DNA from: Candidatus Electronema halotolerans
GTDB taxonomy: Bacteria > Desulfobacterota > Desulfobulbia > Desulfobulbales > Desulfobulbaceae
Length of the DNA stretch: 32,000 bases
Direction of reading: 5' to 3'
Assembly (NCBI GenBank): GCA_942493095.1
Contig: OW818675.1
Location: 1,770,001-1,802,000 of the forward strand
The translations under genes and the position numbers were made by a program. This document shows positions 1 to 9,063 of this stretch, piece after piece (position 1 is the stretch's first letter; the number at the start of each line of letters is the position of its first letter). Under the pieces are notes generated by a model that was not told the origin of the DNA, did no database searches, and saw only the letters and a program-made list of their open reading frames with translations.

Positions 1-1344
1 AAAGCCTTTGCCGCTGCTGGCGTTCTTGATGCCCAAGATATAGACGCAGCAGCCCTGATTCAGTTCTGGTCGTATGGCTACAGTACCGGTGCCCGGACCA
101 TGTACAAGAAGGTGCGCCGGGTTCTGCCGGGCCATTACTTGGTCTGGAAGGATGGCGGCATTTCTCAGCATGAATACTGGGATGTCCGCTTTGGCCTTGA
201 TCCGGCTCCGCAGCGGACAATGGACGATCTGGCCGACGAGCTGGAGAGTCTGCTGACCGATGCGGTGCGCCTGCGCCTGATTGCTGATGTTCCAGTTGGA
301 GTCTTTCTGTCCGGCGGCATTGATTCCAGCCTGATTGCCGCCTTGGCCGCCAAGGTGACGCAGGGCGGCATCCGCTCCTTTTCCATCGGCTTTGCAGAGA
401 AGCAGTTTGATGAAACCCAGTATGCGCAAGCAGTTGCCGAGCATCTGGGCATTGACAACACCCTGCTCCGGGTCGAAGACAATCTTCAGTCTTTCTTCCG
501 GCCCATTGCCCTCCATTTTGATGAGCTGTTCGGTGATTCCTCAGCCATTCCAACGTGGTTTGTCAGTAAGTTGGCCAAAGAGCATGTCACGGTTGCATTG
601 ACAGGAGATGCCGGAGATGAGCTGTTTGCCGGTTATGACAGCTATGCCAAAGCATTGAGCATCTGGGGAACAAAAGAGCAGCGCAGACTCTTCAAAGGCC
701 GGGTCAGCAAGTTCCAGCAGCTTGTTGATTTTCTCCAGCTCCGCTTTGTCCCGAAAGAGCAGCGGCTTTTGGCTCTGGAACGAATCATGCCTGCAATCTT
801 CCTCAAAAAGGTCTTGCAAGAAGGTGTTCTCAACCCAGTCACTATCCAAGATGCTCTCCACGACAGGAAACAGTGGCAGGTGCGGGCTGCTGGAGCCGAC
901 CTGCTCAGTCAGCTCCAATATCTCAATCTAAAGAGCTATCTGCCAGATGATATTCTTGTTAAGGTTGACCGGATGAGCATGGCCCATGCCTTGGAGTGCC
1001 GCAGCCCCTTGCTTGACTACCGGGTTGTGGAGTTTGCCGCCCGACTCTCCTTTGCTCAGAAAATCAGCCCGGAAGGCAAAGGGAAATATCTGCTGCGTCA
1101 TCTCCTACAACGCTATCTGCCAGAGCAACTCATTGATCGGCCCAAGATGGGCTTTTCCGTTCCTTGGTCTGAGTGGTGCAAAGGGCCGCTGGGACAAGAG
1201 ATCAAGGAGCAATGGCGCAGCATGAACACGCCTTGGTTCCGCAGCGAGGCCGCAGACCTGCTCTTTCCTGAACGCAAGCTGGGCTGGCCTGCGCGGCAGT
1301 GGAATGCCTTCTGCATTGTTAACTTTTTTGGCAATCAGTATTGA
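1..1344 (+). CDS. asnB: Asparagine synthase (glutamine-hydrolysing), synthetase domain; 5' end lies outside the window
   Basis: Frame 1 is open from base 1 (KAFAAAGVLDAQDIDAAALIQFWSYGYSTGARTMYKKVRRVLPGHYL...), so the ORF-track Met at 100 is internal. It has the PP-loop VGVFLSGGIDSSLIAALAA, and LPDDILVKVDRMSMAHALECRSPLLD and RPKMGFSVP are typical AsnB-family blocks. Confidence 0.85.
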   Translation, partial: KAFAAAGVLDAQDIDAAALIQFWSYGYSTGARTMYKKVRRVLPGHYLVWKDGGISQHEYWDVRFGLDPAPQRTMDDLADELESLLTDAVRLRLIADVPVGVFLSGGIDSSLIAALAAKVTQGGIRSFSIGFAEKQFDETQYAQAVAEHLGIDNTLLRVEDNLQSFFRPIALHFDELFGDSSAIPTWFVSKLAKEHVTVALTGDAGDELFAGYDSYAKALSIWGTKEQRRLFKGRVSKFQQLVDFLQLRFVPKEQRLLALERIMPAIFLKKVLQEGVLNPVTIQDALHDRKQWQVRAAGADLLSQLQYLNLKSYLPDDILVKVDRMSMAHALECRSPLLDYRVVEFAARLSFAQKISPEGKGKYLLRHLLQRYLPEQLIDRPKMGFSVPWSEWCKGPLGQEIKEQWRSMNTPWFRSEAADLLFPERKLGWPARQWNAFCIVNFFGNQY

Positions 1345-1375
1345 TCAATATAAATAATTACAAGGTGATTATCGA

Positions 1376-2275
1376 ATGAAGCATGAAATATCAAATGATT
1401 TATGGAATATACTTATATGTAGTTACTGTGGATGTGAAATAGAATCACATGAAAATGGAGCTAAATGCTTTAAATGTAGTACTTATTATCCATGTACCGA
1501 CTATGGATCACTCGATCTTCGTTTAAAAAAGTGTAAAAAATATAGCCTCGAGTTTAACATAGGTAACGATCTGTTTCCAGATAAAAAAAATGATTTTAAA
1601 CCATTGCCTATAAATAAAGATAGTTGGATTGATTTTTCTAAAATCAATTATACAGGAAATCTTCAGAAGGAAATTATAAGTTTTTTTCCGAGACCAAAGA
1701 ATGATAAGAGCAAAATGCTTGACCTTGGTTGTGGTAAAGCTGTTCATAGAGAGATTTGTGAGCATGCAGGTTTTATTTGGACAGGTTTAGATTATTATTC
1801 AGATAACGCCTTAATATTAGCGGATGCTCATTCTCTACCTTTTAAGGATAATTCATTTGAATTTATCTTTTCATATGCAGTGCTTGAGCATATTAGATTT
1901 CCTTTTATAGTTATGCGTGAAGTTCATAGGGTCTTACAGCCTGGTGGAAAATTCATAGGTACAGTTGCATTTCTTGAGCCATTTCATGGCAATAGCTTTT
2001 ACCATCATACTCATTTAGGAATCTTCAATTCATTATCATATTGCGACCTTATTATAGAAAAGATAGCCCCAAGTGAAACATGGTCTGGTCTTACAGCTCA
2101 ATCTATTATGGGGCTTTTTCCAAAAATGCCTCAACCTATATCAAGAGCGATAGTTTTTCCTATCCAATTATTCAGTAAACTTTGGTGGAAAGCGCGTATA
2201 AAAAACAAATCATTTGATATTAGTATTAGAAATAATACAGGTGCATTCACCTTCATCGCAAGCAAGAAAAAATAG
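1376..2275 (+). CDS. Class I SAM-dependent methyltransferase with N-terminal Cys4 (Trm112-like) zinc ribbon
   Basis: SAM motif I is MLDLGCGKAVH. LPFKDNSFEFIFSYAVLEHI and LQPGGKF match the Methyltransf_11 pattern. The N-terminus has CSYCGC...CFKCS. G+C is far lower than in both neighbours (by eye). Confidence 0.8.
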   Translation: MKHEISNDLWNILICSYCGCEIESHENGAKCFKCSTYYPCTDYGSLDLRLKKCKKYSLEFNIGNDLFPDKKNDFKPLPINKDSWIDFSKINYTGNLQKEIISFFPRPKNDKSKMLDLGCGKAVHREICEHAGFIWTGLDYYSDNALILADAHSLPFKDNSFEFIFSYAVLEHIRFPFIVMREVHRVLQPGGKFIGTVAFLEPFHGNSFYHHTHLGIFNSLSYCDLIIEKIAPSETWSGLTAQSIMGLFPKMPQPISRAIVFPIQLFSKLWWKARIKNKSFDISIRNNTGAFTFIASKKK

Positions 2276-2371
2276 CCAAAAAAAGTCCATCCTTGCCCGG
2301 AAGACGGGGTGGCTGGACAGATCAGCTTGTCTTGAAGCAATTCCGAGCAAGGGCAAGTCGCAGTCACAACC

Positions 2372-4129
2372 ATGAAAAAGCTGTTCTGGAAGCTCTGCGC
2401 CTCGTACCTGCTTGCTGCCGGACTGACCTTGGCCATCAGTCTTGTCACGGCTCCGCTGCTCCTGAAGCAGGTTGTCTATGAACAGACAGAGGCGCAGCTT
2501 GCCGCGCAGGCCCGGCTGGTTCGGCACCATCTGGCCACAGTTCCAAGAGTCAGCAAGTCGGAGCTATACCGACTCTGCGCTGTGTTCAGCGAAGAGCTTG
2601 GCAGCCGGATCACCATCATTGCCGCTGCCGGGCAGGTGCTGGCTGATTCAGAAAAAAAGGTGGCGGACATGGACAATCATGGCGACCGCCCGGAAATTGA
2701 GGAGGCGTTGGCAGGACAGGCTGGCATTTCCCTGCGGCTCAGTCACACCCTGAACAAGGAGCTTCTTTATGCGGCAGTGCCGGTGCAGCGGAACGGCAGG
2801 ATTTGGGCCGTGGCGCGGGTCTCGCTGCCAGCCACAGAGATCGAGCAGCGATGGGCTGTCCTGCGCGGCAAACTGCTGACTGCCGCTCTGCCAGCCCTGC
2901 TTGCCGCCGCTCTTGTCAGTCTCCTGCTGGCCTTCCGCATCAACCAGCCTTTGCAGGAAATCGCCCAAGGTGTGCGCTGCTTCACCCAAGGCGAACTGGC
3001 CCATCGGATTCATGTTTCCGGGCCGCCGGAGATCACCAGCTTGGCCGAGTCCTGCAACCGCATGGCGGCCCAGCTTGACGAGCAGACTGTTGCGCTCAGG
3101 AAGCAGCTTGGTCTGCTGGAATCCACCTTCCGCAGCATGACCGAGGCCGTGCTGGTCACAGATCAGGACGGACGGCTGCTGCACTGCAACCAGGCCGCAG
3201 GCCGCTTGTTCGGTTTTGAGCCAGCCGCAGCCGGGCAGCGCGAAATCCAGGAGATCATTCGGCATGCTGATGTGCAGCAGTTTCTGGAGAAAACCTTGCA
3301 GAGCCGCAGCCCGCTTGAGGAAATCATTGCTGTCGGTGCTGGCCGGGAGAAGATTTGCAGCGCGCACGGCTGCCTGCTGCGCAGCGACAACAGACAGCGC
3401 AGTGGCGCGCTCGTGGTCTTTCATGACATCACCCGCCTCAAACGGCTGGAGACCATGCGCCGCGACTTTGCCGCCAATGTTTCCCATGAGTTGAAAACAC
3501 CGATCACCGCGATCAGCGGCTTTGTCGAGACCCTGCGCGACGGTGCCCTGCATGGGCCGGAGGCGGAACGTTTTTTGGAGATCATTGCCCGCAATGTCAA
3601 ACGGCTGCAAGCGATCATTGAAGACCTGCTCGCCTTGGCCCGGCTGGAGCAGGAAGAGCGGCAGGGCCGCATTGCCTTGGTGCGGCGGGATGTCAGGCCA
3701 GTGCTGGAGAATGCGGCGGCCCTCTGCCTCAGGGCGGCAGAGGAGAAGCGCATCGCCTTGGAGCTGATCTGCCCGGACCGGCTCCAAGCAGAGATCAACC
3801 CTGATCTGCTGGAGCAAGCCGTGGTCAATCTTCTGGACAACGCCATCAAATACAGCCAGCCGCAGAGCCGGGTCATCCTTGGGGCGGCACAGGACAAGGA
3901 CGAGCTGCTGCTCACGGTGCAGGATTTTGGCTGCGGCATCAGCAGCGAGCACCACGCCCGCCTTTTTGAACGCTTCTACCGAGTTGACAAGGCCCGGAGC
4001 TGCAAGCTGGGCGGCACCGGGCTGGGGTTGGCCATTGCCAAGCACATTGTCCAAGCCCATCATGGCACGATCAGGGTCGAAAGCGCGCCCGGACGCGGCA
4101 GCACCTTTGCCATCCGCCTGCCCGTCTGA
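2372..4129 (+). CDS. Sensor histidine kinase, PhoR-like architecture (2 TM, HAMP, PAS, HisKA, HATPase_c)
   Basis: An N-terminal TM (LLAAGLTLAISLVTAPLL) and a second TM (LLTAALPALLAAALVSLLLAF) are followed by a HAMP-like linker. H-box is FAANVSHELKTPITAISGF, N-box is LLDNAIKYS, and G-boxes are DFGCGI and GGTGLGLAIAKH. No response regulator lies adjacent. Confidence 0.85.
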   Translation: MKKLFWKLCASYLLAAGLTLAISLVTAPLLLKQVVYEQTEAQLAAQARLVRHHLATVPRVSKSELYRLCAVFSEELGSRITIIAAAGQVLADSEKKVADMDNHGDRPEIEEALAGQAGISLRLSHTLNKELLYAAVPVQRNGRIWAVARVSLPATEIEQRWAVLRGKLLTAALPALLAAALVSLLLAFRINQPLQEIAQGVRCFTQGELAHRIHVSGPPEITSLAESCNRMAAQLDEQTVALRKQLGLLESTFRSMTEAVLVTDQDGRLLHCNQAAGRLFGFEPAAAGQREIQEIIRHADVQQFLEKTLQSRSPLEEIIAVGAGREKICSAHGCLLRSDNRQRSGALVVFHDITRLKRLETMRRDFAANVSHELKTPITAISGFVETLRDGALHGPEAERFLEIIARNVKRLQAIIEDLLALARLEQEERQGRIALVRRDVRPVLENAAALCLRAAEEKRIALELICPDRLQAEINPDLLEQAVVNLLDNAIKYSQPQSRVILGAAQDKDELLLTVQDFGCGISSEHHARLFERFYRVDKARSCKLGGTGLGLAIAKHIVQAHHGTIRVESAPGRGSTFAIRLPV

Positions 4130-4264
4130 TCGATGGTGATGGTGAACTGGGAGTGACAGGTTGGAAAATTGAAATTATTTAATCAAGTTAATGATCAATC
4201 ATAGTTCGTCATCACCAACGGCTTGATTTTTTATTGCATCAGCCTCACTGTTTCAAATTTGACT

Positions 4265-5182
4265 ATGAACAAATTAGTTTCCGTCATCATCCCGGCCTAC
4301 AATCACGAGCGGTTCATCGGCCCAGCCATTGAATCTGTTCTCAAGCAGACGCACAGCGATTTGGAGCTGCTTGTCATTGATGACGGCTCCACAGACAAGA
4401 CCGGCGAAATCGCCCAAAACTATGACGATCCCCGCCTGAAATATTATCATCAGGAAAATCAGGATGCCTACAATACGATAAACCGGGGACTGGGGCTGGC
4501 GCAGGGTGAGTATATCGCCATTCTCAACTCGGACGACATCTACACCACAGACCGCTTGGCAAAGCTGCTGGCTATCCAGCAGGAGAGCAATGCCGCCTGT
4601 CTGTTCACTGATGTCATTCCCATCTCGGATGCGGGCGAGGAATTCACTGATCCAAACGTTGGCTGGAACCTCTGGCACAAGAAAAACCGGGACTGGTATT
4701 TCCAATGCAAGGACCTGTACACGGCCTTTCTGAAAGGCAACTTCATGGTCACGACCTCCAATCTCTTCATGACCGCTGAGGCTGTCCAGAAAGTCGGCAA
4801 ATTCTGTTCGCTGCGTTATCTGCACGACTATGACTATATTTTCCGCATGCTGCTGGCCTTTCCCGGTCAGGTGCGGTATCTTGATAATGAGAAGCTGCTC
4901 TATTACCGGATTCACAGCGGCAACACCCTGAGCGAGGCGGCCATCACCGGGCGGCTGCAAGACCTCGAAGTGATCCAAAAATACATGCTGGCCGCCCTGC
5001 CGGAGCAATGGCGCGGCCTTGCCGCTGCGGGCGCCGAGCGGCTGCTGGAGCTGCGCGACGAGCTGGAGCAGGTGCGGGCGGAGCTGGCCGGACAAACTGA
5101 ACCCAGCGTCCGCGAGCGGCTGCAACTGCTGCTGGCGGCAGTGCGCTTCAAGCTGCGGAAAAAATTGACTGGACGGCTCTGA
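4265..5182 (+). CDS. Family 2 glycosyltransferase
   Basis: VSVIIPAYNHERFIGPAIESVLKQTHSDLELLVIDDGSTDKTGEI plus ILNSDD (DxD region) is the classic GT2 N-terminus. I prefer the ATG at 4265 (MNKLVSVIIP) over the non-ATG track start at 4223. Confidence 0.85.
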   Translation: MNKLVSVIIPAYNHERFIGPAIESVLKQTHSDLELLVIDDGSTDKTGEIAQNYDDPRLKYYHQENQDAYNTINRGLGLAQGEYIAILNSDDIYTTDRLAKLLAIQQESNAACLFTDVIPISDAGEEFTDPNVGWNLWHKKNRDWYFQCKDLYTAFLKGNFMVTTSNLFMTAEAVQKVGKFCSLRYLHDYDYIFRMLLAFPGQVRYLDNEKLLYYRIHSGNTLSEAAITGRLQDLEVIQKYMLAALPEQWRGLAAAGAERLLELRDELEQVRAELAGQTEPSVRERLQLLLAAVRFKLRKKLTGRL

Positions 5183-5195
5183 GGCAGGAGAAAAA

Positions 5196-6878
5196 ATGAA
5201 CAGAAAAAAACACCTTCGCTATCTGGCCAAGCAGGAATTTGATCTGCTGGTGATTGGCGGCGGCATCAGCGGGGCCTGCATTGCCCATGACGCGGCCCAG
5301 CGCGGCCTGTCTGTGGCCCTGATTGAACGCCGGGACTTTGGCAGCTTCACTTCTGCCGCCTCCTCCAAGCTCCTGCACGGCGGCATCCGCTACCTGCCGC
5401 AGGGCCAAGTCTGGAAGGTGCGCGAATCAGGCTGCGAACAGCGCATTTTTCAGCATTTAGCCCCGCATCTGCTCCACTGGCTGCCCTTTCTCATTCCGAC
5501 TGAGAAAGGCTCTTTCATGAAAGGCGCGTTCGCCCTTAAGCTGGGCATGAAAGTCTGCGGCTTCTGTCATGCCGGGCTGCCAGACGGCCCGCCGCCCGGA
5601 CCGTTTCTTTCCGCTGCCAAGGCACTGGAACTGGCTCCGCAGCTTTCCGGCGTAGAGCGTCTCACTGGGGCGCAGGTCATGTATGAATCGCACATCCACA
5701 GCACCGAACGCATGACCTTGGCCTTTCTCAAAACAGCGGTCAGCAACGGGGCGGCCGTCGCCAATTATGCGGAAGCAGTCTCCTATCATGTTAGGCATGG
5801 CAAAGTGCGCGGTGTGCTTGCCCGCGACACGCTGACTGGCGAGGAATTCACGGTGGCGGCCCGCCTGACAGTCAACTCGGCAGGCCCAGCAGTGCAGGCC
5901 CTCAACCAAGCCGCACCTGCCTTGGAACTGCGCCTGCCCAAAAAGATCACCGGCTTTGCCAAAGGCGTGCATCTGGTAACCAGGCAGGTGCATCCTGAAT
6001 ACGCCTTGGCTTTGACCACCCGGAAAAAAATCGAAGGTTTTGTCACTCGCGGCGGACGGCATTTCTTCATCATCCCGTGGCGCAACCGCTCGCTGATTGG
6101 CACCACCAATGTTCCGTTTCAGGGTGATTTTGATCAGATGCGGGTCACAGAAGAGGAGGTGGCGGAATTTCTTGCTGACATCAACGAGGCACTGCCTGAC
6201 TTGGGCCTGAGCCGTGACGATGTCCGATACGCTTACACCGGCATTTATCCGCTCACTGTCCGCGAGATTGACCCGGAAAAATATCAGGCAGGCGGCGATT
6301 ATCAGCTTGTTGATCACCACCGCACTGACGGATTTCCCGGCCTGATCACCGCGCTGGGAGCAAAATACACCACGGCCCGCTATTTGGCCGAGAAAACGGT
6401 TGATTTGGCCGTGCGCAGGTTGGAATGCGAGACATTTCCCTGCCGCACCGCCACGATTCCGCTGCTGGAAGGCAGCATGGCCAATCTGGCCTCGTTCACT
6501 GCCCGCAAAAATAAGCAGTACAGCAATCTGCTTTCCAAAGAAAGTGTCGCGCATCTGATCCGCTATTACGGCACCGGCATAGACCGGGTCATGGAGCTGG
6601 CTGCCGGGAAGCGGGAACTGCTGCGGCCTCTCTCGCCTGCGGTCAGTGTCTGCGCGGCAGAAGTGCTGTATGCAGTGCGCAAGGAAATGGCCATGACTCT
6701 GGAGGACGTGGTCTTCCGGCGCAGCGGCATGGGTACAGTCGGCTGCCCGGATGAGGCGGCGTTACAGCGAACAATCGCCATCATGGCTGAAGAATTGGAC
6801 TGGACTGCGGCACAGCAGGCTGAGGAAAAACAAAAAGTGCTGTCGCGTTATGACTTTCACCAAGGCAGAGCAGCATGA
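5196..6878 (+). CDS. FAD-dependent glycerol-3-phosphate dehydrogenase/oxidase-like oxidoreductase (GlpD/GlpA family)
   Basis: The dinucleotide fold DLLVIGGGISGACIAHDAAQRGLSVALIERRDFGSFTSAASSKLLHGGIRYL is the GlpD-family N-terminal signature. Length (560 aa) and the C-terminal helical region fit. Confidence 0.75.
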   Translation: MNRKKHLRYLAKQEFDLLVIGGGISGACIAHDAAQRGLSVALIERRDFGSFTSAASSKLLHGGIRYLPQGQVWKVRESGCEQRIFQHLAPHLLHWLPFLIPTEKGSFMKGAFALKLGMKVCGFCHAGLPDGPPPGPFLSAAKALELAPQLSGVERLTGAQVMYESHIHSTERMTLAFLKTAVSNGAAVANYAEAVSYHVRHGKVRGVLARDTLTGEEFTVAARLTVNSAGPAVQALNQAAPALELRLPKKITGFAKGVHLVTRQVHPEYALALTTRKKIEGFVTRGGRHFFIIPWRNRSLIGTTNVPFQGDFDQMRVTEEEVAEFLADINEALPDLGLSRDDVRYAYTGIYPLTVREIDPEKYQAGGDYQLVDHHRTDGFPGLITALGAKYTTARYLAEKTVDLAVRRLECETFPCRTATIPLLEGSMANLASFTARKNKQYSNLLSKESVAHLIRYYGTGIDRVMELAAGKRELLRPLSPAVSVCAAEVLYAVRKEMAMTLEDVVFRRSGMGTVGCPDEAALQRTIAIMAEELDWTAAQQAEEKQKVLSRYDFHQGRAA

Positions 6879-8065
6879 GCAGCAGCAAAACTACTGTTGT
6901 TCATATTGCCCCTACCCCGTTTTTCGCTGACCGGGGCTGTCATATTAGAATCCGCAACGAAATTGAGTCGCTCCGTTACAGCCCCTATCGAATCATTCTC
7001 TGCACCTACCATCATGGCAGCCCGGTCAGCGGCATGGACATCCGCCGGATATGGCCAGTGCTGGGCTACACCAAGCTGACCGCAGGCTATTCGCCCTTCC
7101 GTTTCATCGCTGATCTGCTGCTTTTTTTTCTGGTGCTGAAAACAGTCTGGCAGGAGCGGCCCGCCCTGCTCCACGGTCATCTGCACGAAGGCGCACTGAT
7201 CGGCTGGGCGGTGAGCAAGTGCCTGTTCTGGCGCAGGCTGCCAGTGGTCATGGACATGCAGGGCAGTCTGTCTGGTGAGCTGGCCGCTTACAAAGCCTTC
7301 GGCTCCCTGTCTTTTCCTCTGCGCCTGTTCAAGGTGATTGAACGGCTCATAATTCGGATGCCGGACTGCTTTCTCTGCTCCTCCCGCCAGAGCATGAGCT
7401 GCCTGCACGAGGAATTCCACGTCCCTGCCGAGCGCATCCAGCTGCTGGAGGACATGGTCCCGGATTCTTTTTTTGCCCCTGCAACCGGTTCCGGGCAGGA
7501 AGAGCTGATTCCGACGGGCAAATCAGTGATCATCTACACCGGCTCACTGCTGCCGGGCAAGGGCGTGGAGCATCTTCTTCAAGCCATGCAGAGCCTTTGC
7601 GCGGAGCGGGATGACCTCCATTTTGTTTTGGTCGGATATCCCGAAGAAGAGGCCCGGCACTATGCGGCGGCGCATAATTTGGCAGACCGCTGTCTGCTGC
7701 CCGGTCAGATCAGGTATGCGGATTTGGTGAGCTGGCTTGCTCTGGGTGATATTGCTGTGGAACCCAAGGCGGCAGAGGCGGGCGAGGCCAGCGGCAAGCT
7801 GCTCCATTACATGGCTGCCGGACTGCCAGTGGTCTGTTTTGACACCCCAAACAATCGCAGCATGCTGGGCGCGGCTGGCTGCTATGCGCCAAGCCGGGAT
7901 GCGCAGGGGCTTTCCGCCGGAATCAGGGCTTCGCTGGCGGACATGGATGCGGCCCGGCGCAGAGGCAGGGAAGGCCGCAAATTAGTGCGCGAACGCTATT
8001 CCGCTGCCGCAGTTGGCCGAAGCCTTGACCGGTTATATCGTCGGCTTGCTTGCTCCTGCCGATAG
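6875..8065 (+). CDS. GT4-type (Glycos_transf_1) glycosyltransferase
   Basis: The C-terminal half reads IIYTGSLLPGKGVEHLL...FVLVGYPEEE...EASGKLLHYMAAGLPVVCFDTPNN, a retaining GT-B pattern. The ATG overlaps the upstream stop (ATGA at 6875-6878). Confidence 0.8.
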   Translation: MSSSKTTVVHIAPTPFFADRGCHIRIRNEIESLRYSPYRIILCTYHHGSPVSGMDIRRIWPVLGYTKLTAGYSPFRFIADLLLFFLVLKTVWQERPALLHGHLHEGALIGWAVSKCLFWRRLPVVMDMQGSLSGELAAYKAFGSLSFPLRLFKVIERLIIRMPDCFLCSSRQSMSCLHEEFHVPAERIQLLEDMVPDSFFAPATGSGQEELIPTGKSVIIYTGSLLPGKGVEHLLQAMQSLCAERDDLHFVLVGYPEEEARHYAAAHNLADRCLLPGQIRYADLVSWLALGDIAVEPKAAEAGEASGKLLHYMAAGLPVVCFDTPNNRSMLGAAGCYAPSRDAQGLSAGIRASLADMDAARRRGREGRKLVRERYSAAAVGRSLDRLYRRLACSCR

Positions 8066-8118
8066 CTATCTCCGCTCTGCCGCAGTAAAAGATATCAGGT
8101 GAATGGAAGTTCTGCTTC

Positions 8119-8917
8119 TTATTCCCCTGCCATTCTGCCATCGCGCAGCTCAACAATCCGGTGCGCGGTCTTGGCTAATTCCGGGTTATGGGTGACAAGA
8201 ATGATGGTCAGGCCGTCGCGCTGATTGAGTTCCTGCAAGACCTTGCTGATTTCCTCGCTCCGGGCCGAGTTAAGGTTGCCGGTGGGTTCATCGGCCAAGA
8301 GAATCTTCGGCCTGTTGATCAGCGAGCGGGCAATGGCCACCCGCTGCATCTCGCCGCCAGAGAGCTGGCCCGGCAGATGGCTCATCCGCTTTTCCAGTCC
8401 CAGCGATTTGAGCAGCTCAACAGCATAGTCATCCGAACCGGCCTCCTTTTGATAAAAGGTGCAGGGCAGGAGGACATTTTCAAGAACGTTCAGGGTTGGA
8501 ATCAGATAAAATTTCTGGAAGATGTAGCCGAACAGCTCCCGCCGCACCTTGGTCAGCTCCCGCTCGGAAACCGCCTTTGTTGGGATCAAAGATCGCCTGC
8601 ATGAGCATCGGCGTGGTTCTCTCAACCTCCTCATGTGCATCGACCTCTTCTTTGCCCCCTTCTTTCATATAGCGCAGACTGGTGCCGCCGCCCTTGAGCA
8701 TCAACGTGGCGGCCTCATAGGGACAGCCCTTGGCTGTGACCACCACCTGAAAGCCCATGTTGTCGATGTCGCGGTTGAGCGAGGCTTCGTAGCCCTTGTT
8801 GAAGCCCATCAGGCTGGCTAAAACCCAAGCGGACAGGCCCACGCCGATGATGGTCAGCGAGCTTCTGAGCTTTTTGCGGAGCAGATTTTTGTAGCAGACT
8901 TTGTAGATGGTCAGCAT
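8119..8917 (-). pseudogene. Remnant of a MacB/LolCDE-type ABC system: permease N-terminus fused out of frame to an ATPase lacking Walker A
   Basis: ORF 8480-8917 starts like an FtsX/MacB permease (KNLLRKKLRSSLTIIGVGLSAWVLASLMGFNKGYEASLNRDIDNMGFQVVV...) and loses similarity after ...IFDPNKGG. ORF 8119-8640 in another frame reads ...SERELTKVRRELFGYIFQKFYLIPTLNVLENV...[32 protein letters not shown]...ILVTHNPE. That covers the Q-loop, signature, Walker B and H-loop, but there is no Walker A. The junction is near 8570-8585. Confidence 0.65.
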
Positions 8918-9063
8918 TATGCCTCCTTTTTATGCTCTTTCACCATTTTTTGGCTTGCGGCAGGCGGTGAAATATGTTAAAAAAAATTTCTCTATACAAT
9001 AGAACGCAGTGTCAATACAGGCATTTGGCCTCTGATAAAAGCATTTCAGCAAAGGAGAAGAAC

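Noticed and set aside
2648-4063. Long antisense or shadow ORFs opposite confidently assigned genes. On the - strand: 2648-4063, 4274-5125, 5457-6554, 28316-28939. On the + strand: 9854-10786, 12350-13144, 13634-14302, 14419-15213, 15164-16078, 21004-21726, 22064-22825, 23057-23719, 27708-28277.
   Set aside because: Their translations are low-complexity and rich in R/A/G/P/Q, with no motifs. Each lies fully within a gene on the other strand that has clear family signatures. This is the expected stop-codon-poor shadow of G+C-rich coding sequence.
4134-4216. Imperfect 13-bp inverted repeat GGTGATGGTGAAC / GTTCGTCATCACC flanking the AT-rich spacer upstream of the GT2 gene.
   Set aside because: It has two mismatches in 13 bp and a 57-nt loop. 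This is weak evidence for either a terminator or an operator, so I note it only as a possible regulatory site.
4223-4264. N-terminal extensions in ORF-track models. Starts affected: 4223, 8974, 19359, 23010, 24815, 26145, 29152, 29700, 30733, 11331.
   Set aside because: In each case an internal ATG or GTG has a better RBS, restores the canonical family N-terminus or signal peptide, and removes an implausible overlap with the upstream gene.
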